Positions 1 through 8,992 are shown, counted from the stretch's first letter. The stretch: DNA of 64,000 bases from an uncultured Methylobacillus sp. (GCA_903824575.1 CAIJXJ010000164.1:303-64302), one strand, 5' to 3'. Notes: generated from the sequence alone by a model not told the origin. Numbers and translations: made by a program.

Positions 1-60
1 GCCAGAATTTGAAAGATACTTTTTTGTTAATGTGAAGCAGAGCAACACAGGCGTTATAGC

Positions 61-483
61 CTATGCGCCAAATCGCGGGAGAATGTTACCGTTGAATGTC
101 TGGACAATTTTGCGGTAACTGGTCGGTGCTAATGTCCTCTTCTTGATGGCTAGCCACTGATCGGCAACCGATTTGAATGTCGCCGCAGCGGACGCCGCCT
201 TCTTATCGGCTTGCACTCTCTTGTTTTGGACTGGGTCAACGCCATCATCAACCAACTTACGTGCGTCAGTCGCTTTCACACGGGCATCTGCAAGACTCAA
301 ATCGGGATAGGTGCCTATTTGGATCAGCTTGGCTTTGCCATGCAGGGTAGTGCGCAGCTGAAAATATTTAGATCCATTCGGATGCACCAGTACAAAAAGT
401 CCAGCGCCATCTTTAAGCGTCTGATTCTTGTCCGTGCTTTTGGCGTTGCTGATTGCCTTGTCCGTCAGTAGTCCAGATGCCAT
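61..483 (-). pseudogene. P4/CP4-57-type tyrosine integrase, N-terminal ~140 codons only. It ends at TAG 61-63, and the same frame stays open to the window edge.
   Basis: The inner ATG at 483 gives MASGLLTDKAISNAKSTDKNQTLKDGAGLFVLVHPNGSKYFQLR...GTYPDLSLADARVKATDARKLV, a typical integrase N-terminal (DUF4102-like) arm-binding region. Full-length homologues are about 400 aa. It lies 173 nt downstream of a tRNA 3' end on the same strand. Confidence 0.6.
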
Positions 484-518
484 ACATCCTCCAAAACGTA
501 TAAAGACTTTTATACAAA

Positions 519-542
519 GTATTTTTATACGTATTTTTATAC
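519..542. repeat. two perfect tandem 12-mers GTATTTTTATAC, with a third TTTTATAC at 508-515, between tRNA-Leu and the integrase start
   Basis: Read directly from the sequence. AT-rich, 36 nt upstream of the integrase ATG. Confidence 0.8.
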
Positions 543-655
543 GGATTAGAAGCGACTGTAACGCACGATAAAGCACAAGGATGCACGCTAATTCACGTAA
601 CAGCATTGATTTTATTGGGTTTTTGTATGAGATTGAACGAAGAAAAACACTGTTT

Positions 656-740
656 TGGTGCCGTCGGCGAGACTCGAACTCGCACAGCTTTCGCCACTAC
701 CCCCTCAAGATAGCGTGTCTACCAATTTCACCACGACGGC
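656..740 (-). tRNA. tRNA-Leu, anticodon GAG, 85 nt with long variable arm and encoded CCA
   Basis: Reverse complement is GCCGTCG TG GTG..CAC G CTATC TTGAGGG GGTAG TGGCGAAAGCTGT GCGAG TTCGAGT CTCGC CGACGGC ACCA. Acceptor, anticodon and T stems pair perfectly. It sits directly downstream of secG. Confidence 0.9.
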
Positions 741-782
741 ATTCATTCAGAGCGATTTCCACCCCGACTTTAAAATCAATAA

Positions 783-1121
783 TTACTGAGGAACTTCCTG
801 CGATCTTGAAGGATCGACCGGTTTGACCGGCTTCTTGCCAGCGTCAGGCAACTTCGTATCAATGGCATGAACCACGCTGGCGTGACGGCCACTGTGACTG
901 GCGAGGTAAGCCAGACTCATACTGGTGATGAAGAATACCGTGACTGCCACTGCCGTCGCGCGACTAAGCAGGTTGGCCGAACCGGAGACACCAAACAGGC
1001 TACCGGAGGCACCACTGCCAAAGCCTGCGCCCATGTCGGCGCCCTTGCCATGTTGCAATAACACCAGACCGATCACGGACGCTGCCGCAATCACATGCAA
1101 TACCCAAACTATCGTTTCCAT
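783..1121 (-). CDS. secG: preprotein translocase subunit SecG
   Basis: 112 aa with LLQHGKGADMGAGFGSGASGSLFG, the SecG signature. Two TM segments. Conserved secG-tRNA-Leu context. Confidence 0.85.
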   Translation of the reverse strand: METIVWVLHVIAAASVIGLVLLQHGKGADMGAGFGSGASGSLFGVSGSANLLSRATAVAVTVFFITSMSLAYLASHSGRHASVVHAIDTKLPDAGKKPVKPVDPSRSQEVPQ

Positions 1122-1127
1122 TGATCT

Positions 1128-1907
1128 CTACACTCTTCTCTTGCTGCCCGGGGCGCCATTAGCTACCCGGCAGATTGCCACAAATTCGTCCGCTGCCAGT
1201 GACGCGCTGCCAATAAGGCCACCGTCAATATCAGGCATAACTAGTAATTGTGCCGCATTTGCGGGTTTTACGCTACCCCCATAGAGGATGCGCAGGCCGG
1301 CGGCGACCTCCAGATCATGCTTGGCAATGCGTGCGCGGATGAATTCATGCACCGCCTGAGCCTGCCCGGGGCTTGCCGTTCTGCCGGTGCCGATGGCCCA
1401 TACCGGCTCGTAGGCAAACACCACTTTGGAGAACAACTTGATGCCAACGATATTCAACACGCCATCCAATTGGCTGGCCACCACTGCCTCGGTGACACCG
1501 GCCTCATATTCGTCCAGCGTTTCACCCATGCAATAAATCGGCACCAGGCCGGCCTTGATCGCCAGTTTCATGCTGCGGGCCGCACACTCGTTAGTTTCTC
1601 GAAACTGGCCACGCCGCTCGGAGTGGCCAATGATGGCATACGTACAGCCAAAGTCCGCCACCATCCAGGCCGAAACGGCGCCAGTATAGGCCCCCTGCTC
1701 GGCCTGATGCACATTCTGCGCACCCCAGGCGACGTTGGTCGCGGCAAGCATCTGTTGCGCCTGAAACAGGTAGGGATGCGGCACACACACGGCAAAGTCG
1801 GCATTGTGCAGCCCCTGCACGCCGGCTACAATTTCTTGCAGCAACAACCGGTTACGCTCAAGGTTGCCATGCATCTTCCAGTTCGCGACTACCAGCTTGC
1901 GACGCAT
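1128..1907 (-). CDS. tpiA: triosephosphate isomerase
   Basis: MRRKLVVANWKMHGN..., IGHSERR and AYEPVWAIGTG motifs. Start taken at the inner ATG 1907. Confidence 0.9.
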   Translation of the reverse strand: MRRKLVVANWKMHGNLERNRLLLQEIVAGVQGLHNADFAVCVPHPYLFQAQQMLAATNVAWGAQNVHQAEQGAYTGAVSAWMVADFGCTYAIIGHSERRGQFRETNECAARSMKLAIKAGLVPIYCMGETLDEYEAGVTEAVVASQLDGVLNIVGIKLFSKVVFAYEPVWAIGTGRTASPGQAQAVHEFIRARIAKHDLEVAAGLRILYGGSVKPANAAQLLVMPDIDGGLIGSASLAADEFVAICRVANGAPGSKRRV

Positions 1908-1946
1908 AGTGACCCCATCAAAAATCACGCGAATGATACCTGTGAA

Positions 1947-2008
1947 AGTCGCTAGTCGCTAGTCGCTGGTTAGTTCTCGACTATGGGCTAATAACTAACA
2001 ACTAACGT
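1947..2008. repeat. two tandem heptamer arrays in the tpiA-recJ spacer: (AGTCGCT)x3 at 1947-1967 and (CTAAyAA/CTAACGT)x3 at 1988-2008
   Basis: Read directly: agtcgct agtcgct agtcgct ... ctaataa ctaacaa ctaacgt. Confidence 0.85.
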
Positions 2009-2013
2009 CTACT

Positions 2014-3702
2014 TCATTCCCAATGTCGCAGCACCAACTGCAAGCTACGATTGCCATTGTATTCGTTGGCTTGCAATCGGTACACGGCTCGAATGTTGAC
2101 CGGTAGCACTGCCACGCTGCCAAACAGGATGGCGGCAAAACGCTGGCCGTTCTTTTCCAGCAGGAGTTTGAGGTGGCGCCCCCCCACGACACGCTGCTCA
2201 ATGACCCTGAACCTGTCGTCAAATTCCGGTGCGGGAAAGCCCTGTCCCCAAACCTGACTCTCCAACCTATCGGCGAGCGGCAGATCCATGGCGTCCCAAT
2301 TAATGGAGCCATCGGTTTCAATCACGCACTCCAGATCACCTGGAGTCAGCAAGCCACGTACCACAGATTCAAAAGTGGATGAAAATCTGGCGTAATCCTG
2401 TTCGGCGATGGTCAGGCCGGCCGCCATGGCGTGCCCACCGAAACGCAGGATGAGATCAGGATATCGCTTGGACACCAGATCCAGCGCATCACGCAGATGC
2501 AGGCCGGCAATGGAGCGCCCGGAACCCTTGAGAGTGCCATCGCCTGCATCAGCAAAGGCAATCACCGGGCGATGGTAGTGTTCCTTCAGTCGCGATGCCA
2601 GGATACCGATCACGCCCTGATGCCAGTCTGCTTGATACAGACTCAGGCTATAGTTTTCTCCAGGCTCGAACGCTTCGAGATCGATCAATGCAGAATCATG
2701 CATCCCGGCCTCAATCTCCCGCCGCTTACGATTCAAGGCGTCGAGTTGCTGTGCCATCAACCGCGCCTCGACTTCATCCACTGCCAGCAGACAGTCAATG
2801 CCGAGCGACATGTCCTCCAGGCGCCCGGCAGCATTGAGACGGGGCGCCACAGCAAAGCCGAAGTCCTGAGCACAGGCACGCCGCGAGTCGCGACCGGCCA
2901 CCTGCATCAAGGCGTTAATGCCGACCCGGCCACGACCGGCACGAATGCGACGCAGCCCCTGCTCGACCAGGATGCGATTATTGTCATCCAGCCGTACCAG
3001 ATCAGCCACCGTTCCAAGCGCTACCAAATCGAGCAACTCGCTCAGGTTAGGTTCCGTCTGGCCGACAAACACAGCGCGAGCGCGCATCTCGGCACGCAGG
3101 GCCAGCATCAGATAGAACGCCACCCCCACCCCGGCCAAATGCTTGCTGGGGAAAGTGCAACCAGGCTGATTGGGATTGATGATGCAGGCTGCCTCGGGCA
3201 GGGCGTCCCCGGCGAGATGATGATCAGTCACCAGCACGGCAATACCCAGCGCATTGGCGGCGGCCACACCTTCCAGACTGGCGATGCCATTGTCCACCGT
3301 AATCAGGTAATCCGGGTGCATCACGGCGGCCAGTGCCACTATCTCCGGCGTCAATCCGTAACCATTTTCGAATCGGTTTGGCACCAGATAGGAAACCTCG
3401 GCCCCCATCATACGCAAACCAAGTACGCTGACGGCACAGGCTGTAGCACCATCGGCATCATAATCGGCCACGATCAGGAGTCGTTTTTTGCCGGCAATGG
3501 CATCGGCCAAAATGCTGGCCATGCGTTCGACATTGGTCAATTGCGCGGGCGGAATCAACCCGCTTAAGGCACCTTCAAGCTGCTTGCTCGAGCGGATGCC
3601 ACGCGCTGCAAGGACGCGCGCCAACACCGGGTGAATACCGTCCTGCTGCAACATCGCGGCCATATCCAGCGGAATTTCACGCGAAACAATGCTAATGGCC
3701 AT
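2014..3702 (-). CDS. recJ: single-stranded-DNA-specific exonuclease RecJ
   Basis: DHH family motifs (IVADYDADG, TVDNG, LVTDHHL) and DHHA1 (GGHAMAAG). Start is uncertain (ATG 3708 or 3702). The long N-terminal ORF extension is probably not translated. Confidence 0.9.
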   Translation of the reverse strand: MAISIVSREIPLDMAAMLQQDGIHPVLARVLAARGIRSSKQLEGALSGLIPPAQLTNVERMASILADAIAGKKRLLIVADYDADGATACAVSVLGLRMMGAEVSYLVPNRFENGYGLTPEIVALAAVMHPDYLITVDNGIASLEGVAAANALGIAVLVTDHHLAGDALPEAACIINPNQPGCTFPSKHLAGVGVAFYLMLALRAEMRARAVFVGQTEPNLSELLDLVALGTVADLVRLDDNNRILVEQGLRRIRAGRGRVGINALMQVAGRDSRRACAQDFGFAVAPRLNAAGRLEDMSLGIDCLLAVDEVEARLMAQQLDALNRKRREIEAGMHDSALIDLEAFEPGENYSLSLYQADWHQGVIGILASRLKEHYHRPVIAFADAGDGTLKGSGRSIAGLHLRDALDLVSKRYPDLILRFGGHAMAAGLTIAEQDYARFSSTFESVVRGLLTPGDLECVIETDGSINWDAMDLPLADRLESQVWGQGFPAPEFDDRFRVIEQRVVGGRHLKLLLEKNGQRFAAILFGSVAVLPVNIRAVYRLQANEYNGNRSLQLVLRHWE

Positions 3703-3818
3703 GGCCATTCCCCTCGCCCCGGCCGCCGAAACGAGCCCGGGGCAAGCTCCACGACCCAAGGCCACCCCATCCCGACGCCCAGAAAAAAAGGCCGCAGAAT
3801 CCCTTTCGGGCGCTTGTT

Positions 3819-4844
3819 TTATGCAAGCCAGGCTCCCAAGGGCCGCGCACGACGCCAAAATTTATACAGGTCAGTACGCGACAGGCTGTAACTGTTGACC
3901 TTACGCGTTCCGGCAAGGTGCAAGTCCAGACGATCAAGTGTCCCGTCACGCAGTGCGGCCAGCAAAGGCGTAAACCATTCATTATCCATGCGCGCCAGGG
4001 TATCTGCCCACTCGCCGGCACCGCTCTGCAGGTCCGCCTGCTCCAACCCATTGAGCACCAGCAGATGTTTCCCCGTGACCAGTCCCTGCCGCAGCCAATC
4101 AATGGCAGAACGGGGCAATCCCATGACACGACTGCCGTGCGCCTGCGCCAAGCCTCTGGTAAAACTGTCCTGCGCCCAGACTTGAAGTTCGGGCTGAGCG
4201 AGACCGGGCAACAACACACCCCCCCCCCACAGCCAAAGACTGTTCACCGGCAAATTGCCTCCATGCTCCAGATCGAGATTGACCGGGTGCTCATGCAGCA
4301 ACATCTGAATCTCGTTCAGGCGCTGGTGCCAACGCAGGCCATCCTCGCCATGCGGCAACAGACGATGAATGCTCCGGCCTAAGACTTCCGGCAGCGGATG
4401 TGTTTCCATCCTTGGCACATCCAGCAGACGCAAATACCAGCGGTTGGCGTGCGGCGCGTAGAAACGCATGCCACAGGCCAAAAAATGCTGGTTGAGGGCG
4501 GCAACCAATTGTCCAGCCTGCTCCAGGCTCAGCCCCCGCATCTGCCCATCGGCGAGAACAAAGCTGTCGCGCTGCAATTGCAGATTCACCGGATTCGCGC
4601 ACAGCCAGTAATACGGGCCACATTCAATCCCTTCACCCAGGCATGAAAAAGGTGCGACCGGATCATCCTGCTGGCGGGCCACGCCAAAGTAATGACAACG
4701 CCAGGCCTGATCATTTCCACTGAAATGAGCGCCCCTGCGAGCAGAACGCAATAGCTTGCCCAATGCCGGCGGACACAGCGTGGTTAACGCCAGTTCATGG
4801 AACATGCCAGGCAGCAGCAATTGGCAACGCGTTACAGATTTCAC
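3819..4844 (-). CDS. conserved protein of unknown function, probably RpfE-type / COG4255 family (recJ neighbour)
   Basis: 341 aa with LLLPG near the N-terminus and the NSLWLWGGG motif that I associate with the RpfE-type family, which is also adjacent to recJ in Xanthomonas. Family assignment is from memory and unverified. Contains a G10 tract. Confidence 0.4.
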   Translation of the reverse strand: MKSVTRCQLLLPGMFHELALTTLCPPALGKLLRSARRGAHFSGNDQAWRCHYFGVARQQDDPVAPFSCLGEGIECGPYYWLCANPVNLQLQRDSFVLADGQMRGLSLEQAGQLVAALNQHFLACGMRFYAPHANRWYLRLLDVPRMETHPLPEVLGRSIHRLLPHGEDGLRWHQRLNEIQMLLHEHPVNLDLEHGGNLPVNSLWLWGGGVLLPGLAQPELQVWAQDSFTRGLAQAHGSRVMGLPRSAIDWLRQGLVTGKHLLVLNGLEQADLQSGAGEWADTLARMDNEWFTPLLAALRDGTLDRLDLHLAGTRKVNSYSLSRTDLYKFWRRARPLGAWLA

Positions 4845-4903
4845 TGTTATTCAATCCGAAGCAGGGTTAGTATTTACTTCTTATCCATACGCAAGTCTAA
4901 ACG

Positions 4904-5356
4904 ATGGAACTTATACTCTGGCGGCACGCTGAGGCCGAGGATGGCTGGCCTGACGCTGCGCGCGCACTCACACCCAAAGGTCGTAAACAGGCAGAAAAGA
5001 TGGCCGCCTGGCTGGCCCCGCGACTGCCACCTGACACCCGCATCCTGGTCAGTCCTGCCCTGCGCACCCAACAGACCGTGGCCGCTTTAGGTCTGGATTT
5101 TAGCACGCACGACGAACTTGCTCCCGGCGCATCAGAGCATGAAGTGCTACATACCGCCGGCTGGCCAGCGGAAAATTCAAGTGTGCTGATCGTTGGTCAT
5201 CAACCAACGCTGGGCGCCGTCGCCGCACTGCTGCTGGGGCAACAAAATGTCAGTTGGAGCGTAAAGAAAGGTGCTGTTTGGTGGATCAGCGGGCGAACAC
5301 GCTTCGGCAGCATGACAAGCCAACTACGTGCAGTCATGTCACCAGACCTGCTCTGA
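4904..5356 (+). CDS. sixA: phosphohistidine phosphatase SixA (histidine phosphatase superfamily)
   Basis: 150 aa. MELILWRHAEAE is the RHG/RHA catalytic motif at the N-terminus. Size and LTPKGRKQA are typical of SixA. Confidence 0.7.
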   Translation: MELILWRHAEAEDGWPDAARALTPKGRKQAEKMAAWLAPRLPPDTRILVSPALRTQQTVAALGLDFSTHDELAPGASEHEVLHTAGWPAENSSVLIVGHQPTLGAVAALLLGQQNVSWSVKKGAVWWISGRTRFGSMTSQLRAVMSPDLL

Positions 5357-5361
5357 ACACG

Positions 5362-5982
5362 ATGCGCACCGTCCTCATCGCAAATCCCAAAGGTGGCAGC
5401 GGCAAGACAACGCTAGCCACTAACCTGGCGGGCTACTTTGCCACGCGCGGCCGGCGCGTCGTCCTGTGCGACCTGGACCGACAGCAGTCATCGCTGGAAT
5501 GGCTGGGACGCCGCCCCCACAAACTGCCACTGATCCGGCCACAGGACAGCCTCAAGGAACGGTTGGTACGGAATGCCGAATGGATAGTCATCGACTCTCC
5601 TGCCGGACTGCGTGGCGACAGGCTAACCGACATCATCAAGGCCGCCGACTTCATCATCGTACCAACTCAACCTTCCGCCTTCGACATCGGCGCCACGCGT
5701 GAATTTCTCGATCTGCTACGCGAAGAAAAAGCCATCCGTAAACAACGCGCCTTCGTCGCGATGGCGGGCATACGCGTCGATGCCCGCACCCGTTCCGCCG
5801 CCAGCTTGCAGACCTTCATGGAGTCCAGCGGCTTCCCGGTGCTGACTTACCTGAGAGATGCTCAGATTTACCGTCTGGCCGCAGAACAAGGGGCAAGTCT
5901 GTTCGACATCCGCCCGTCTCAGGTCGGGCGCGACTTGCAGCAGTGGGCACCATTGCTTCATTGGCTGGTCAACGCCGGCTAA
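5362..5982 (+). CDS. small orphan ParA/MinD-family ATPase
   Basis: MRTVLIANPKGGSGKTTLATNLA is a deviant Walker A (KGGxGKT) with the signature lysine. IVIDSPAG is Walker B-like. 206 aa. The ATG lies 5 nt after the sixA stop. Confidence 0.8.
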   Translation: MRTVLIANPKGGSGKTTLATNLAGYFATRGRRVVLCDLDRQQSSLEWLGRRPHKLPLIRPQDSLKERLVRNAEWIVIDSPAGLRGDRLTDIIKAADFIIVPTQPSAFDIGATREFLDLLREEKAIRKQRAFVAMAGIRVDARTRSAASLQTFMESSGFPVLTYLRDAQIYRLAAEQGASLFDIRPSQVGRDLQQWAPLLHWLVNAG

Positions 5983-5998
5983 GTCGCCCGCGGTCAGC

Positions 5999-7519
5999 AT
6001 GCCGAATGAGATCGAACTCAAGCTGCGCATCGCGTCCCGTGACCTCCCGCAACTGCGCTGCCACCCGGCTATTCTTGACGCGCTGACCGGGAAGCCGGTC
6101 ACCCGCAAACTCACCAGCATCTATTACGACACACCTCAACTGGCCTTACTCGATGCCGGGATCAGCCTGCGCGTGCGGCGCATGTCTGGCGGCTGGTTCC
6201 AGGCAGTCAAGGCTGCCGGCCATGCGCTGAACGGGCTGCATCAGCGTATGGAATGGGAAGACATCATAAACAGCGGCCAACCCGATTTCAGCAAGATCAC
6301 CGAGCCGGCACTGATCAAGATTTTCGATCAACCCGACCTGCGCAATGCACTCTCCCCCATCTTCACTACCGACGTACACCGCACCGAATGGCAGCTGGCC
6401 TGGGACAACGGTGACCGCATCGAACTCGCACTCGATCAGGGCGATCTGGTCATTGGCGAGTTGCGCGAACCCATCAGTGAAATCGAATTGGAACTCAAGG
6501 GCGGCCACGCGGCGCGCCTGTTCGATCTGGCGCTGGCGTTGCAGCAGGACATGCCGCTGGAGCTGGAAAACATCAGCAAGGCGCAGCGTGGCTACGCTCA
6601 CTACCGGCCGCAAGCGCCCGCCGTTACCCGGGCACACTACACGAGCCTGCCGTCGCAAGGAACGGCAGCAGACGCATTTAAACAGATCGCCTGGGAATGC
6701 CTGGCCCATACACAGGGCAACCAGGAGATGGTACTGCATGGAGATGACATCGAGGGCGTTCACCAGATGCGGGTTGCCTTGCGCCGCCTGCGGTCCCTGC
6801 TGCGCGTGTTCGGCAACATCATCGAGTCTGATAGCACCGGCCATTACGAAACAGAAATTCGCTGGATCAGCAATCAACTTGGCAGCGCACGAGATCTCGA
6901 TGTATTTGTGATGGAAACCTTGCCACGCCTGCTGCGACCCCTGCACCAGCATCACGGCCTGGTGCTCCTGGCCGCCAAGGCCGAAAAGGCTCGCCGGCAG
7001 GCCTATCTTCAGGCGCTCTCAGCAATCAGCTCACAACGCTACCAGCGCCTGCTATTAGCCCTCGGCGCTTGGCTGGAAAACGAATCCTGGCGCAAATCAA
7101 CCAGCCCTGAGTTGCGCACGATCGACATTGCGCAGCAGACGCTCGCCAAACACTACAAGCAACTGCGTCGACATGGCCGGCAGTTGGCCAGAATGCTGCC
7201 AGAAGAGCGTCACGAGGCACGCCTCGCCGCCAAACGCCTGCGTTATGCTGCGGAATTTTTTTGCAGTCTTTATCCTAACCACCGGACACAGGATTTTTTA
7301 CATGCGCTGGCGGCGTTACAGAACGTCCTCGGCGAACTTAACGACATTACCGTCACCGAAGTCCTGGTGCGCCAACTTGCCGGAGATCGCCCACCCCGCG
7401 CACTGGATGAGGCGCTACATCTTTTCGCTGGCTGGAATGCCAGCCAGACCGAACATCGGCTCGAAGTCATGAAAAAAGCGTGGCGGCGATTCGCCCGGCA
7501 CAAGCCGTTCTGGCTCTAA
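5999..7519 (+). CDS. CYTH plus CHAD domain protein (YgiF-like triphosphate tunnel enzyme / polyphosphate-binding)
   Basis: MPNEIELKLRI is the CYTH ExExK signature. The C-terminal half is helical and Arg/His rich (HQMRVALRRLRS, RLAAKRLRYAAEFF), typical of CHAD. The ATG lies 16 nt after the parA-like stop. Confidence 0.8.
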   Translation: MPNEIELKLRIASRDLPQLRCHPAILDALTGKPVTRKLTSIYYDTPQLALLDAGISLRVRRMSGGWFQAVKAAGHALNGLHQRMEWEDIINSGQPDFSKITEPALIKIFDQPDLRNALSPIFTTDVHRTEWQLAWDNGDRIELALDQGDLVIGELREPISEIELELKGGHAARLFDLALALQQDMPLELENISKAQRGYAHYRPQAPAVTRAHYTSLPSQGTAADAFKQIAWECLAHTQGNQEMVLHGDDIEGVHQMRVALRRLRSLLRVFGNIIESDSTGHYETEIRWISNQLGSARDLDVFVMETLPRLLRPLHQHHGLVLLAAKAEKARRQAYLQALSAISSQRYQRLLLALGAWLENESWRKSTSPELRTIDIAQQTLAKHYKQLRRHGRQLARMLPEERHEARLAAKRLRYAAEFFCSLYPNHRTQDFLHALAALQNVLGELNDITVTEVLVRQLAGDRPPRALDEALHLFAGWNASQTEHRLEVMKKAWRRFARHKPFWL

Positions 7520-7569
7520 AGTTCACCCCATGTTCGAACCGCCAAGACGGTTAATGACTGTTTCCAGAT

Positions 7570-8955
7570 TCACAGGCTTACAGTCTCGTTGGCCAGCGGC
7601 ACGCGAGCATTCCATCCCAACTGTTTCTCGATCAAGCCACAAAACTGCGCGGCAGTCGCTGCCTCACCGTGCACCACGAAGGTCTGTCCGGGCGGATGTT
7701 TGAACTGGGCCAGCCAGTGCATCAATCCAGCCTGGTCGGCATGAGCGGACAGGCCACCGATAGTGTAGATATCGGCATGCACCGCGATTTCCTCGCCAAA
7801 GATGCGCGCCAGCTTGGCACCATCTACCAGTCGCCGGCCCAGCGTACCTTCCGCCTGAAAACCAGTGAACACGATACTGCATTCAGGACGGCCAAGATTG
7901 TGGCGCAGGTGATGCTTGATGCGTCCGGCGTCGCACATGCCAGAGGCCGAGATAATAATGGCGCCCGATTTGATGTCGTTCAAGGCAATCGATTCCTGCG
8001 CGTCCTGCACGAAATGGATATCCGGCAACTCCTGCCGCCGCTCACGCCCCCAGGCTAGCAGTTTCTGCGCCGCCTCATTGAACAGCTCGATATGCCGCAT
8101 GGTGATCTCGGTCGCGGCCAGTGCCATCGGCGAATCAACGTAGATCTTCAAACCCTGCAGGCGTCGCTGCCGGCTAAGATCGATCAGAAGGTACAAAATT
8201 TCTTGCGTGCGGCCGACGGTGAAGGCCGGCATGATGACATTGCCCTGCTTACGATGCAGGGTGTCCTCAAGGGCATGAATGAATTCCTCCAGCGTATCAT
8301 CGAGATTCTTGTGCAGGCGGTTGCCATAGGTGGATTCGATCAGCACCACGTCGGCGGCATTGACCTGGGTCGGACTGCACAAAATGGGGCGACCGGGCTG
8401 GCCGAGATCACCTGAGAATACGATCAGCTTGCCGTCCGCAAAAACTTCGATGATAGCGGAACCGAGGATATGTCCGGCATCCAGAAAACGACAGCTGATG
8501 CCCTGATGCGGCTGGATCTCAGCCCCATAGGCGACCACTTCGACCTGCAGCAGGACCTGTTCGACATCCTGCAAACTATACAATGGCAAGTTCGGCGCGT
8601 GGCTGCCGTGGTGCGGATGCCGCTCCGCCCACTCCGCCTCCTTGGCCTGGATGTGGGCACTGTCACGCAACATGACCTCCAGCAACTCACGACTGGCCTG
8701 CGTGGTATAAACCGCGCCCTTGAAGCCCTGCGCCGCCAATCGAGGCAACATGCCGGAATGGTCGATATGGGCGTGTGTCAGCAAAACGAAATCTATCGTT
8801 GTCGCATCAAAGTGAGGAAAACGCTGATTCTTCAGATCCCCCTCATGGCCACCCTGAAACATGCCGCAATCGACCAGAAAACGTACCTCGCCGATCTCGA
8901 GCAGATAGCAGGAGCCGGTCACTTCACCAGCAGCGCCATGAAAAGTAATGTTCAT
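7570..8955 (-). CDS. MBL-fold metallo-hydrolase of the beta-CASP (RNA-metabolising) type
   Basis: MNITFHGAAGEVTGSCYLLE and THAHIDHSG (HxHxDH). About 460 aa with a C-terminal beta-CASP-like region (GGLSAHAD). Confidence 0.75.
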   Translation of the reverse strand: MNITFHGAAGEVTGSCYLLEIGEVRFLVDCGMFQGGHEGDLKNQRFPHFDATTIDFVLLTHAHIDHSGMLPRLAAQGFKGAVYTTQASRELLEVMLRDSAHIQAKEAEWAERHPHHGSHAPNLPLYSLQDVEQVLLQVEVVAYGAEIQPHQGISCRFLDAGHILGSAIIEVFADGKLIVFSGDLGQPGRPILCSPTQVNAADVVLIESTYGNRLHKNLDDTLEEFIHALEDTLHRKQGNVIMPAFTVGRTQEILYLLIDLSRQRRLQGLKIYVDSPMALAATEITMRHIELFNEAAQKLLAWGRERRQELPDIHFVQDAQESIALNDIKSGAIIISASGMCDAGRIKHHLRHNLGRPECSIVFTGFQAEGTLGRRLVDGAKLARIFGEEIAVHADIYTIGGLSAHADQAGLMHWLAQFKHPPGQTFVVHGEAATAAQFCGLIEKQLGWNARVPLANETVSL

Positions 8956-8992
8956 GTAACCCCCAAAAAAACGAATAGACAGGATTAACTTT

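Noticed and set aside
2431-3567. Long ORFs antisense to real genes: 2431-3567 (+, 378 aa, opposite recJ), 9119-10216 (+, 365 aa, opposite the M17 peptidase), 15702-16559 (-, opposite aceF), 6146-6955 (-), 35915-36535 (+), 37756-38382 (+), 56595-57227 (+) and 59378-59929 (+).
   Set aside because: These are typical shadow ORFs of GC-rich coding regions. Their composition is Arg/Gly/Pro/His-rich and low in complexity, with no recognisable motifs, and each overlaps a gene with clear family signatures.
3709-3858. N-terminal extensions of many track ORFs (recJ to 3858, epimerase to 44834, era to 60878, MNT-HEPN to 53467, parA-like from 5254, CHAD from 5858, glnS to 30582 and others).
   Set aside because: The extensions overlap the upstream genes, lack family similarity and precede inner ATG/GTG codons that give canonical N-termini, often with ATGA or short-gap coupling. 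The inner starts were used.
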